Virus record (IMG/VR): IMGVR_UViG_3300025706_000001
Span: 64,868 to 128,867 of that record
Source: a virus
Lineage: Duplodnaviria; Caudoviricetes
DNA length: 64,000 nt
Strand: one strand, 5' to 3'
Below, in pieces: positions 19,768 to 27,807 of this stretch. The position numbers and the translations under genes were made by a program. The notes under the pieces are model-generated. The model saw only the letters and a program-made list of their open reading frames with translations. It searched no databases and was not told where the DNA came from. Each line of letters starts with the position of its first letter. Position 1 is the stretch's first letter.

Positions 19768-19900
19768 CCATCAGCGCATAAAGAAAGGGCAGTGTCCTAA
19801 TTTGGACTTCCTGTTTCACGGACGAGGCAACCCTCGCCTCCACAGGCATTACCGTGCGTCCTACCGACGCCGGATGTTGCACCATTAAGTGCCCGCTGCA
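19768..19900 (-). ncRNA. Putative omega RNA (scaffold plus a guide from flanking DNA); boundaries approximate
   Basis: The tnpB 3' end contains GCCTGTGGAG...GAGGGTTGCCTC...TGAAACAGGAA (CCTG/CAGG complementarity typical of TnpB omega RNAs). The predicted guide begins CTTTCTTTATGCGCTGATGG. Confidence 0.6.
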
Positions 19901-20969
19901 ACACGTTGCGGGCCGCATTTAGGTCGCGGTCAACAACCAGACCGCACGAAGGACAGCGATGAACACGAACCGACAACGACTTCGGTACAGTCTGGCCACA
20001 CTGGCTACACTCCTGACTTGTGCCGCTGGGATTCACGCGAATGAACAGGCCACCAGCTTCTTCCGCTTTGTAGGCCAGACGTTGCGTGAATTGAGTCCAA
20101 GCGGCGTCCAAAATGCTCTTTCCGAGCCGTCCCTGTACCATGCCGTTGACGTTCAAATCCTCCACTGCAATGAATTGATGCTTGCTGACGATTTCCTTGC
20201 TGGCGTGATGGGTAAAGCTCGACCGCAGGTTGGCTACCCGTTCATAGACTCGTTGGAGCCGGTTCACGGCCTTGCGGAAGTTGCGGCTCCCCTTGACCTT
20301 GCGGCTCACTTCGCGATGGGCGTGAGCGAGTTTCCGTTTTGCTTTGCGGGCGAATCGCGGGTTGTCAATGGTGTCCCCGTTGCTCATGGTCGCGAACGTC
20401 TTCAACCCCACGTCGATGCCGACGCAGGAATGGATCGGAACCGGTTGTGGGACCTCGCGATGATCGTCTACGACCAGTTGGGCGAACCACTTGCCAGCCC
20501 GCCGCACAACGTGAAGCTGCTTGATCGTGCCCTTGGTGTACTGCACGTTGCGGGCCTTGATCGGGCCGTTCACGCCGGATACGCGGATGCGTTTGCCACG
20601 CACGCACTTGCCGGGCGATTGAATCGAGAAGCTATTCCAGCGTTGCCACGCCTTGAATCGGGGAAAGCCCGCCTTGCACTTGCCTTCGCGGACTCGTCTA
20701 AAAAAGTGCTGAAACGCAAGGTCCAGACGACGAAGGGCGTCGCGTTCGATTTTAGAGGGCACGTCGGCGAGTGTCGGCATAACCGACCGCAAGATCGTCA
20801 GGTCGGCGGTTTGCGTCATGTAGGACAGAGAGGTTTTGTCGGCTTCGTAGGCGACGATACGTTGTTCGAGAGAGGCGTTGAACAACTGGCGTCCGACATC
20901 GAGAAGATGCTCCAAGCGGGATTGCTGAGCGGGCGTCGGATACAGGCGGGCGGTCATCGTTCGCAACAT
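19797..20969 (-). CDS. tnpB: RNA-guided endonuclease TnpB
   Basis: RLYPTPAQ N-terminus, GFPRFK, RuvC-I GIDVGL, RuvC-II AVEDL, Zn finger TSQECSQCG..CPSCG, RuvC-III DRDLNAARN; all three acidic residues present. Confidence 0.95.
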   Translation of the reverse strand: MLRTMTARLYPTPAQQSRLEHLLDVGRQLFNASLEQRIVAYEADKTSLSYMTQTADLTILRSVMPTLADVPSKIERDALRRLDLAFQHFFRRVREGKCKAGFPRFKAWQRWNSFSIQSPGKCVRGKRIRVSGVNGPIKARNVQYTKGTIKQLHVVRRAGKWFAQLVVDDHREVPQPVPIHSCVGIDVGLKTFATMSNGDTIDNPRFARKAKRKLAHAHREVSRKVKGSRNFRKAVNRLQRVYERVANLRSSFTHHASKEIVSKHQFIAVEDLNVNGMVQGRLGKSILDAAWTQFTQRLAYKAEEAGGLFIRVNPSGTSQECSQCGQTVPKSLSVRVHRCPSCGLVVDRDLNAARNVLQRALNGATSGVGRTHGNACGGEGCLVRETGSPN

Positions 20970-20975
20970 GCCATA

Positions 20976-21004
20976 ATGCTACCAAAACACCATTGACTTG
21001 TCAA
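20976..21004 (-). promoter_or_regulatory. sigma70 promoter of tnpB inside the element, probably giving a leaderless mRNA
   Basis: TTGACA-17 bp-TAGCAT-6 nt-ATG, with the -35 abutting the TIR. Confidence 0.75.
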
Positions 21005-21023
21005 TCCAAATTAGGACACTACC

Positions 21024-21057
21024 AAAGAAAGCCCGTCGTTTCTGGCGGGCTTTCTTT
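21024..21057. terminator. Bidirectional-looking intrinsic terminator; insertion site of the element
   Basis: AAAGAAAGCCCGTC-GTTTCT-GGCGGGCTTTCTTT. Confidence 0.8.
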
Positions 21058-21246
21058 ATCCGGATGGCCGGCGTCGGTGGAGAACTATGATTTGATCTGG
21101 CTCCCGGCGATGGGCGGGCCTCGCTCGTATCGCCGCGTCTCACGCGAAATGTACCTCATTGACCGTCCTCCTAGTGCCATCATGGAACATTGTGAAAAAT
21201 TGGTTTGCCGGTCTTTCTCCGGCGTGTAATTGCATTGTAGCTAGGC

Positions 21247-21654
21247 TTACTCGCCTTCGTCAACCTGATTCGCTCCGATTATTTCGTACACGAAGTCAAC
21301 GGCTTCTTGAATCTCCCTTTCCGTCTGCCTTTCACTCCCTTTCCATGCGACGACATCTCCCCTGGACAGAGAATCCCGCACGTCAGATATGGTTTCACAG
21401 CCATTTCGGTCAAGTAACTCCAGATGTCGAACGCCAAGGCCGTAGTAGGCCAGGATGTGAATCGGAGACAGTTCTCCTACAGGTTCCGACAGGTCATCGG
21501 CGTACTCAAGCCTTGCGCCGCGAACCCGTGAAAAGTGCGTCTCTGTGCCGTCGTCGTCTGGGCCGTGCCGGGCTTCAATCTCCATTCGTTGTCTGACGTA
21601 CTCAGGGGTCACGATCTTTCTGGGTCCTTCGGCAAGCTGATCGAGCGTCAACAT
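21247..21654 (-). CDS. Protein with an RNA polymerase alpha-CTD-like domain
   Basis: GLGVRHLELLDRNGCETISDV...DVVAWKG...TEREIQEAV resembles L.LSVR..N.L...GI.TI.DL....L....G.....EI...L. Confidence 0.5.
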   Translation of the reverse strand: MLTLDQLAEGPRKIVTPEYVRQRMEIEARHGPDDDGTETHFSRVRGARLEYADDLSEPVGELSPIHILAYYGLGVRHLELLDRNGCETISDVRDSLSRGDVVAWKGSERQTEREIQEAVDFVYEIIGANQVDEGE

Positions 21655-21670
21655 ATCGAGATCTCCTGTG

Positions 21671-22123
21671 CTAGACTTCCTCGATAACCCAGTTACCACC
21701 TTCCTTTTTTGGCAGGCGATAGGCCAGTGCGAATGCAATTGGAAAGATTTCGGCAGCAAGTTTGGCCTTGATTTTCGCATCTTCTTCGACGAAGGGCTTG
21801 TACGCGCCGTCTTTCTTGGTTGTGCCCTTTGTGTCAATTAGCCACAGCGAGCCATCGCGGTAGAGCACGGCGAAGTCTGGCGTGTAGAAGGTGTTGTCGG
21901 CAAGCCGAAACTTCATCGCCTCGAATGCCCACCACTGAATGGTTCCGGCCGCTTCGTCTTGCTTCAGCTTCTCGGCAAACGATGCCTCAGTATTGTTCAT
22001 TTCTCCAGATCGTTTTCGCACCCTGCCGCGAGCACGTAGGCCAGCCTTGTCCTGTATTTTCAGGTCCCCAGGCAGTGCTGCAGAACAACCTGTTTTCAGC
22101 CCCGGATAGTCGCGGATGCTCAC
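21671..22123 (-). CDS. PD-(D/E)XK endonuclease (DUF1064-like)
   Basis: MNNTEA, YTPDFAV, IDTKG. Confidence 0.75.
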   Translation of the reverse strand: MSIRDYPGLKTGCSAALPGDLKIQDKAGLRARGRVRKRSGEMNNTEASFAEKLKQDEAAGTIQWWAFEAMKFRLADNTFYTPDFAVLYRDGSLWLIDTKGTTKKDGAYKPFVEEDAKIKAKLAAEIFPIAFALAYRLPKKEGGNWVIEEV

Positions 22124-22151
22124 GTTCGCGCCCTCAAAGGTTCTTTCTGGA

Positions 22152-22988
22152 CTAAAGGTTCCTGGTAATCAGGAACTCGATGTTCACGTCGTTTGCCTGA
22201 TTGCGGCTTGCCATTGTCCGCCATGCCCAACCAAATTCCGGCAGATACAGGCTGCGAATCAGTGGATGATCTCCGAATCGAACCACAACCCTGGCTTGCT
22301 GAAACAGACTTAGGACTGAGGCAAGCCTGCGTTGGCCTGCTTCGTCGATTTTATGCCTGTACTCTTCGCCAGCGCCTGGCCAATTGCAATCGACGTACAG
22401 ACCGTGCATTGGTTCATCTTGGCATTTTGCCAGGAAGTCAAAGGCATCCATGCAAGTGAATTCGCATCGTCGGAAGGTTTCTCCCCAGGAGTCCAGGGCT
22501 TCGATTGCAGTGCGGTAGCGGCGATTGGAGCCGCCTCCGCTGGCGTTCCAGCGGATCGGGAGGCTGCCGTTGAATTCCGAGGCTGTCCCGGCTTTACCTC
22601 CCCGTCCCATCCAGACGCAGACAAAGTAAGCCAGGGCTGCATACTGATCTGGGCACGACGGAAACGATCCGATTGGTCTGGACGCCGCTTCTTGATGCCG
22701 TGCTAACTCGTCAGGATGATACGGAAGAGCGTCTGCTTGTTGCGCGAGCCATTTTCTCGATTCGTCATCCTTAACCACACGACATAAGTTCACGACGTGT
22801 CGATGCAGGTCGTTGCACAAAATCTGTTTGGCGTCGATCCACGGAACCTCGGAACAGCCGCCACAGAACGGAATGTAGACCATTCGGCAGCCAGCAAGTA
22901 AATCGCCGACATTCCTGGCTACATCGGTGCCAGAGCCAAACCACTGGACGAATCGGTCGCTCTTTCGAGGCTTTGCCTTACTGCTCAT
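22152..22988 (-). CDS. Dam/D12-class DNA adenine methyltransferase-like protein with a non-canonical motif IV
   Basis: PFCGGCS, ILCNDL, CMDAFDFL, LYVDCNW in place of DPPY, EFLITR. Confidence 0.7.
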   Translation of the reverse strand: MSSKAKPRKSDRFVQWFGSGTDVARNVGDLLAGCRMVYIPFCGGCSEVPWIDAKQILCNDLHRHVVNLCRVVKDDESRKWLAQQADALPYHPDELARHQEAASRPIGSFPSCPDQYAALAYFVCVWMGRGGKAGTASEFNGSLPIRWNASGGGSNRRYRTAIEALDSWGETFRRCEFTCMDAFDFLAKCQDEPMHGLYVDCNWPGAGEEYRHKIDEAGQRRLASVLSLFQQARVVVRFGDHPLIRSLYLPEFGWAWRTMASRNQANDVNIEFLITRNL

Positions 22989-23296
22989 CTACTAGCCCTC
23001 AGCATCGACTCATTCAGGTGGCCAACCGACTTGTACCAATGACATCCACCATTTCCAGTGACGTAGCCTGCGTCCATGAGCCACATTCTAGCAGCGGCAC
23101 TGCTTACAGCGGTTCCGGTGGTTTGACGAATCGCGTTCTGAAAGCAGGCTGTATTGAATAATGCGCCATGCTTTCCTGGTCCGCCATACGACTGCTTGGC
23201 TTGCCTTGTCCACAGCCAGATCAATAGTCGCCATAAAACACGCCCCATCTGCCTGTCTCCCATAGATCAATAGTGTTCGCGAGCCGGCCGCGTCCG

Positions 23297-23776
23297 TCAC
23301 GGCCGGCTATCCTCCTGCCCTCTTGGCTCGTCCCCTTTACACGCTGGTCCATCACCGCAGCCGACTCCCGGCACCCCGGAGGATTGTGTTGTTTGATTAT
23401 CGAAGTAGTCTTTGAAAGTCACTTGCGCAGGTTCTGGCAGGCGCTGAACACTGCACGATTGTAAGACCTCTTCGTCGTACCAGTCTTTGTCAAGATGTTT
23501 TTTGATCGCCAAAAGTTCAGAAAGATCCAATGGTCTGCGACGGTCCTGGGGAAACATCTCGCCGTGCTGTAGTCCGTGGCAGATTGAACACAGTGGCAGG
23601 CAAACTTCGCGGAGCAGCTTGCGGGGCTTGTTCGTTATGTGCGCCCTTTGAATCCAAAACGGAGCATTATACCATTTTGGTCTACTGTGGCCGTAGCGCC
23701 CGCACCGCCAGCAGCGGTTTCCGGTGTCTTGGATGAAGGTCTTGTACTTGGCTTCCTGCTCTGGGGTCGTCTTCAT
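23297..23776 (-). CDS. HNH/NinG-like protein
   Basis: CWRCG...AHI...LPLCSICH..QH. Confidence 0.6.
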   Translation of the reverse strand: MKTTPEQEAKYKTFIQDTGNRCWRCGRYGHSRPKWYNAPFWIQRAHITNKPRKLLREVCLPLCSICHGLQHGEMFPQDRRRPLDLSELLAIKKHLDKDWYDEEVLQSCSVQRLPEPAQVTFKDYFDNQTTQSSGVPGVGCGDGPACKGDEPRGQEDSRP

Positions 23777-24153
23777 TGCTCTGACTCATCCTGTATCCGC
23801 TGAAGTTCTTTCCGTCGCCTTCGCCCGATCTCCGAGATTAGACGGAATTCCTCTTTGGTCAACAAGCCGTATTTGTGTGTGGCTACCAGTTCTTTGCCGG
23901 TGGCCGACAAATCTTCCTGAGTGTGGCATTTATCCTGGACGTACTTGATGATCCCTCTGGCTAACGGCCCAAGGCAGGCGTGTTCCTTGAAGATCCGCAA
24001 GCACTTTCCACAGGTGTTCCCAAAGGGATCGTCTAGCAGTGTAAACACTCTGCCATCTGGCATCTTCTCACCGCACACGCTCTCTGTGTCGGTTTCGTAG
24101 TAATGCCAAAGGCGTCCATCAACGGAAACCCAGATCGGCTCACTTAGGTTCAT
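23773..24153 (-). CDS. Hypothetical zinc-binding protein
   Basis: WH...VCG...CGKC. Confidence 0.45.
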   Translation of the reverse strand: MNLSEPIWVSVDGRLWHYYETDTESVCGEKMPDGRVFTLLDDPFGNTCGKCLRIFKEHACLGPLARGIIKYVQDKCHTQEDLSATGKELVATHKYGLLTKEEFRLISEIGRRRRKELQRIQDESEQ

Positions 24154-26599
24154 TCTGGACTTTTGGTGCAAAGTTGGGGTACACTTCTGCGACAGGCTTT
24201 TTCCAGTCGCCGAATTTGGGAACTCGTTGCAAGCCCCTGGTATTCCACGGGGGAGATCCGATGGCGCGGGAGTACATCCGCGCCGCAGCGCCACAGGTGC
24301 GTCCCTTGCGGGCCATGACGGCGAGGCACTGGTTCCAGTATTTCTGCTTCTGCTCGAAGCTGTTGACGACGGGCTTCTTCTTTTCCCGCTTGATTTCTTT
24401 CAGTAGGCCGCGTTCTACGGCGATGGCTCGGCCTTGACGCGATTGTCGTGAGCCACAGTTCGGACAGACGGGCATTCCAGAGTAGGCACATCCGCAGGTC
24501 GTGCAGATGATCGGTTCCTTGGTTCCACCTTCCTTGCGTTTCTTCTGGTATTCCTGGTCGATGGACCGGGATTTCTCCAGCGGCCACTCGATGTCTTCGT
24601 CGGGGAAGCCGTGGGCGACGACGCCGCCCGCATGATCCAAAATTATACAGTTGTGGACGAGGCAATCGTTTGCGGTGAACCTCTGTAAAGGCCCTGCATT
24701 GAGAATGTCCCATACTTCCCTTTTGGCTTGCAAGACGGACGGTTCCAGCGAGCAATTATTTCTTCGTCTGTCATCTGCAAGAGAATCAAGTGTTGAAGAG
24801 TTGCGTCTGCGTACCGAATCTCTGGGTAATTTGCTCGGAAGCTGACAAGTCGTTCCCGAGATCCGCGATTTCTCCTCGTATTGTTCTGCTGCTGAACATT
24901 GTTGGCCCACCGCAAGTTTCCCGGTTCGTAATGCCCCATGTTGTCGATTCTGTCGATCGTCCACTCTCTCCCATGAATTCCAAGATTGTCCGCAATCCAT
25001 TGAGCGGCTGCGTTTGGACTTGAGAACCTGAACTCGACTCCACGGGCACCGTACCGATAGTACGCATAAGACTCCACGTTTTGGCACCTGTCCTGCTGCG
25101 ACTGACATCGTTGATACAGCCATTTCGGCACTTTCACAGGCACTCGTGGCGTACACTTCGGACACGCCCTTGTATTGGGTCGCCTGCGCATATTGTGGTA
25201 TCGACTCATGTAGACAGTTCCGCACTCCGCACACTTGACTTCGACAAGCAGGCTCCAGGATGTGCCCTGTGTTTTGCGTGATACGATGGTCAGTGACCCA
25301 AACTGGGCACCCACCAGATCCGCTCTTAACAATCCGCAGTCGTCCACTAGCCGCTTCGGAGATACTTTTCCATCCTTCATTGGTCATTACCCTGTGGTCT
25401 GGAGTAGCAGTAAGCCCGTCGTATGACATCACAGACTGCACGCCTTTACAAACAGCGCCGCCGTGACTAACAAAGCGTACACCATCCCACACCTTGTGGT
25501 CAAGAGTAATATCTTGTATTTCGACCAGTCCTAATTGAGTAAGGATAAGTGACCCTCTGGCTATGCAATCCTGCTTTCCTTCAAATGGTCGTAATGCACG
25601 TCCGCACCTTTGTCGATACATGACCAGGGAGCGGCACGGGGATGCAATGACAACGCAAGAAACTTCTGGAACGTCGATTCCGTATGAGCATATATTGACA
25701 TTGCACAGCACTTGAATCGCCCCTGATTTCAGGTCATCAAATGCTTGGGCGCGTTCATCGGAAGGCGTGGTGTCATCAACATGTGCCGCTCGAATTCCTG
25801 CTTTGAGAAATTCGTCTCGCAGGTGAGTGGCATGAGATTGGGTTGCCCCAAACACAAACGTTTTGCGGTCGCTGGCAAGGCGAATCCAGTTTTCAACGAT
25901 GTCGCCAACGAGCTTAGGCTTGTCCACTCGCTTGGCAGCTTCGGACTCCCATTCAATTGAGCGAACGCCTTTCATGTCCGGCGCGTGACCCAGGAACACC
26001 CTGGCCGGCACTAGGAATCCAAGTTCTCGCAATTCCTCGTAGCCTGCGGCAGTCACGATGCTTTCCCAGAAGTCGCCCAGTCCCTTGCCGTCTGCGCGTC
26101 CTGGAGTCGCAGACAGGCCGAGTGTGACCATGCCTGGATTCTGCTTCTCGATTTCCAACATTAAGGCCATGAAGCGAGGGGCGGCTGACAGGTGGCATTC
26201 ATCGACCGCAAGTACGTTTGTCTTGGGGATCGGTATTTTGCTGCGGCGCACAGCACGATGATGCAACGTATCCTTGGACACCACCAAACATTCGCTGCCG
26301 GCCATCTGTTCACCCAGTCCAGCAGCAATGAACGAATACTTGATATCGCAGTCGATCAAGTGCTCGGCTGTCTGACGAAGAAGTTCTCGTCGCGGGGCCA
26401 TGAACATCGACAGCGAGCCGCGATTAGCAGAGAGCTTTATGATACCGCACGTTAGGGTGGTTTTTCCCGATCCCGTCGGCGAGTTGATGATGATCCGCCT
26501 GCGCCCCTTCCTGATCTCGTCTCTGACCTTCTCGATCAGGTTGCACTGGTACGGGCGAAGACGTTTACTGCCGAGGTCGAGTTCAGAAAGATCGGTCAT
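24140..26599 (-). CDS. SF2 DEAD/DEAH-box helicase (RadD/YejH-like) with an intein
   Basis: LRPYQ, SPTGSGKT, VDECH, LSATP, GIDVP, YRQRCGRALR, ILDHAG, C-terminal CxxC..CxxC. Confidence 0.93.
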   Translation of the reverse strand: MTDLSELDLGSKRLRPYQCNLIEKVRDEIRKGRRRIIINSPTGSGKTTLTCGIIKLSANRGSLSMFMAPRRELLRQTAEHLIDCDIKYSFIAAGLGEQMAGSECLVVSKDTLHHRAVRRSKIPIPKTNVLAVDECHLSAAPRFMALMLEIEKQNPGMVTLGLSATPGRADGKGLGDFWESIVTAAGYEELRELGFLVPARVFLGHAPDMKGVRSIEWESEAAKRVDKPKLVGDIVENWIRLASDRKTFVFGATQSHATHLRDEFLKAGIRAAHVDDTTPSDERAQAFDDLKSGAIQVLCNVNICSYGIDVPEVSCVVIASPCRSLVMYRQRCGRALRPFEGKQDCIARGSLILTQLGLVEIQDITLDHKVWDGVRFVSHGGAVCKGVQSVMSYDGLTATPDHRVMTNEGWKSISEAASGRLRIVKSGSGGCPVWVTDHRITQNTGHILEPACRSQVCGVRNCLHESIPQYAQATQYKGVSEVYATSACESAEMAVSTMSVAAGQVPKRGVLCVLSVRCPWSRVQVLKSKRSRSMDCGQSWNSWERVDDRQNRQHGALRTGKLAVGQQCSAAEQYEEKSRISGTTCQLPSKLPRDSVRRRNSSTLDSLADDRRRNNCSLEPSVLQAKREVWDILNAGPLQRFTANDCLVHNCIILDHAGGVVAHGFPDEDIEWPLEKSRSIDQEYQKKRKEGGTKEPIICTTCGCAYSGMPVCPNCGSRQSRQGRAIAVERGLLKEIKREKKKPVVNSFEQKQKYWNQCLAVMARKGRTCGAAARMYSRAIGSPPWNTRGLQRVPKFGDWKKPVAEVYPNFAPKVQNEPK
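24643..25380 (-). CDS. HNH endonuclease nested in an alternative frame within the intein
   Basis: GAQFGSLT, CAECG, CPKC, RC.N....Y.RYGARGV, TIDRIDNMGHYEPGNLRWA...Q.NN.R. Confidence 0.85.
   Translation of the reverse strand: MKDGKVSPKRLVDDCGLLRADLVGAQFGSLTIVSRKTQGTSWSLLVEVKCAECGTVYMSRYHNMRRRPNTRACPKCTPRVPVKVPKWLYQRCQSQQDRCQNVESYAYYRYGARGVEFRFSSPNAAAQWIADNLGIHGREWTIDRIDNMGHYEPGNLRWANNVQQQNNTRRNRGSRERLVSFRANYPEIRYADATLQHLILLQMTDEEIIARWNRPSCKPKGKYGTFSMQGLYRGSPQTIASSTTV
24650..25567 (-). other. Intein (306 aa) in the helicase
   Basis: GKQD|CIARGSLI (block A), LTATPDHRV (block B), VWDI...FTAN..LVHN|C (blocks F/G); removal restores FEGKQD-CIILDHAG. Confidence 0.92.
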
Positions 26600-26605
26600 T
26601 AGTTT

Positions 26606-26893
26606 CTACATCGTTATAGAGTTAGAGAACTGAAACCGTTCCGCTTCACGCGGTAACTTGTTCCACAGTTCGATGGTCTTTGACTTGTCCGATTCGCACC
26701 ACGTTGCTACGAATCCGCAGTTCTGGCAGTCGATGAAACAGACTCCAAACATCGACATCAAACGCGGCGAGTACGATTCCCACGGGCCTGTTCGTCCTCC
26801 CATTCTGCGAACGTGTTCGTCGTAGGCATCGCGGTCGAAACCACACGACGGGCATGGCTTCAACTGAGTGTATCCAGTGGCATCAGTTGACAT
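26606..26893 (-). CDS. Lar-like restriction alleviation zinc-ribbon protein
   Basis: LKPCPSCG...CQNCG...IELWN. Confidence 0.6.
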   Translation of the reverse strand: MSTDATGYTQLKPCPSCGFDRDAYDEHVRRMGGRTGPWESYSPRLMSMFGVCFIDCQNCGFVATWCESDKSKTIELWNKLPREAERFQFSNSITM

Positions 26894-27258
26894 TTAATTT
26901 TGCCTCGGCTTTCTGCTTTCAACGTAGTCACACCAGTTGAGCATGGCTTCAACGACGCTCGGTTTGTCGTGCCGAAACACCTGTCCGTCGGGAAGGGTCA
27001 CGACCCATTTGCGGGCTTCTTTGTCCCAAGCGAAGCGATTATCCATCATCATCCTCACTCCACCAATCATAGGCATCCCATTCAGGCTCGTCGTCTTCGC
27101 CAATTTCGTCGCACATTCCACCAGCCAGCACGCCATCACAAGGGCCGTTGGCACACCGGCAGTGTTTCGATACTTGCGCGACAAACTCTTGGTACTCAGA
27201 GCTGTTCATGAATTCTTCGGGTTCCGTAGTGCCAGATGGGTTGTTGTCGATAAGCTCG

Positions 27259-27765
27259 CTAGTCATCGCTCTTTTCTTTCAGCCGGAAATTGTCATCGGG
27301 AACGTGCTTTACGTCAATGATCTCGTAACCGCTGTCGCCTAGCCAGTATGGCATACGCAGCCACTCTTTGTAAGTCAAGCAAACACGAGTCTTTGCGCCG
27401 GTGATGGCTTGGACGTTTTGGCGAACCTGTTCGTCTGGAACTGAGAACTCGAACGGCGACTGAAGCGATGCCATTTCACCGACACCGAGTTGCACTTGGC
27501 CTTCCCAGGTCTTCCAGATGACTCCCTTGCGGCTCAGCTTCGTGACGTAGCCAATTCGCTCACCGGTGCCGTAGTCTGGCATCAGGCCGCCTGTGACGCT
27601 AATTAGCGGCGGCAGTGATAGGCCGCCGACGAGAGACATAACAGCGCCTGTCACGATCGCTACTGCGATGACCTCTACTGCGTCAAGGTCATGCGACCTG
27701 GCGATCTTTATTGACATGGCAACCGCGATTACAATGAGAGACAGGACAAACACTATGCCGATCAT
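27259..27765 (-). CDS. Conserved phage membrane protein
   Basis: Two TM helices, then GERIGYVTKLSRKGVIWKTWEG...FEFSV. Confidence 0.65.
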   Translation of the reverse strand: MIGIVFVLSLIVIAVAMSIKIARSHDLDAVEVIAVAIVTGAVMSLVGGLSLPPLISVTGGLMPDYGTGERIGYVTKLSRKGVIWKTWEGQVQLGVGEMASLQSPFEFSVPDEQVRQNVQAITGAKTRVCLTYKEWLRMPYWLGDSGYEIIDVKHVPDDNFRLKEKSDD

Positions 27766-27807
27766 GTTTCACCTTTCAGTAGTACGATTAGATACAGCGC
27801 AGCTGGA

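Larger units (their letters stand above)
19788..21023 (-). mobile_element. Non-autonomous TIR element (1236 bp) carrying only tnpB
   Basis: TIRs GGCAGTGTCCTAATTTGGA (19788-19806) and TCCAAATTAGGACACTACC (21005-21023), 18/19 match; flanking direct repeat AAAGAAAG at 19780-19787 and 21024-21031. Confidence 0.9.

Noticed and set aside
19959-20996. 345-aa plus-strand ORF as a possible transposase
   Set aside because: It is the antisense shadow of tnpB, with no DDE, HUH or serine-recombinase motifs.
19788-21023. Canonical IS605/IS1341/IS607 element
   Set aside because: No tnpA, no typical right-end hairpin or TCA(A/C) end; TIRs and a TSD are present instead.
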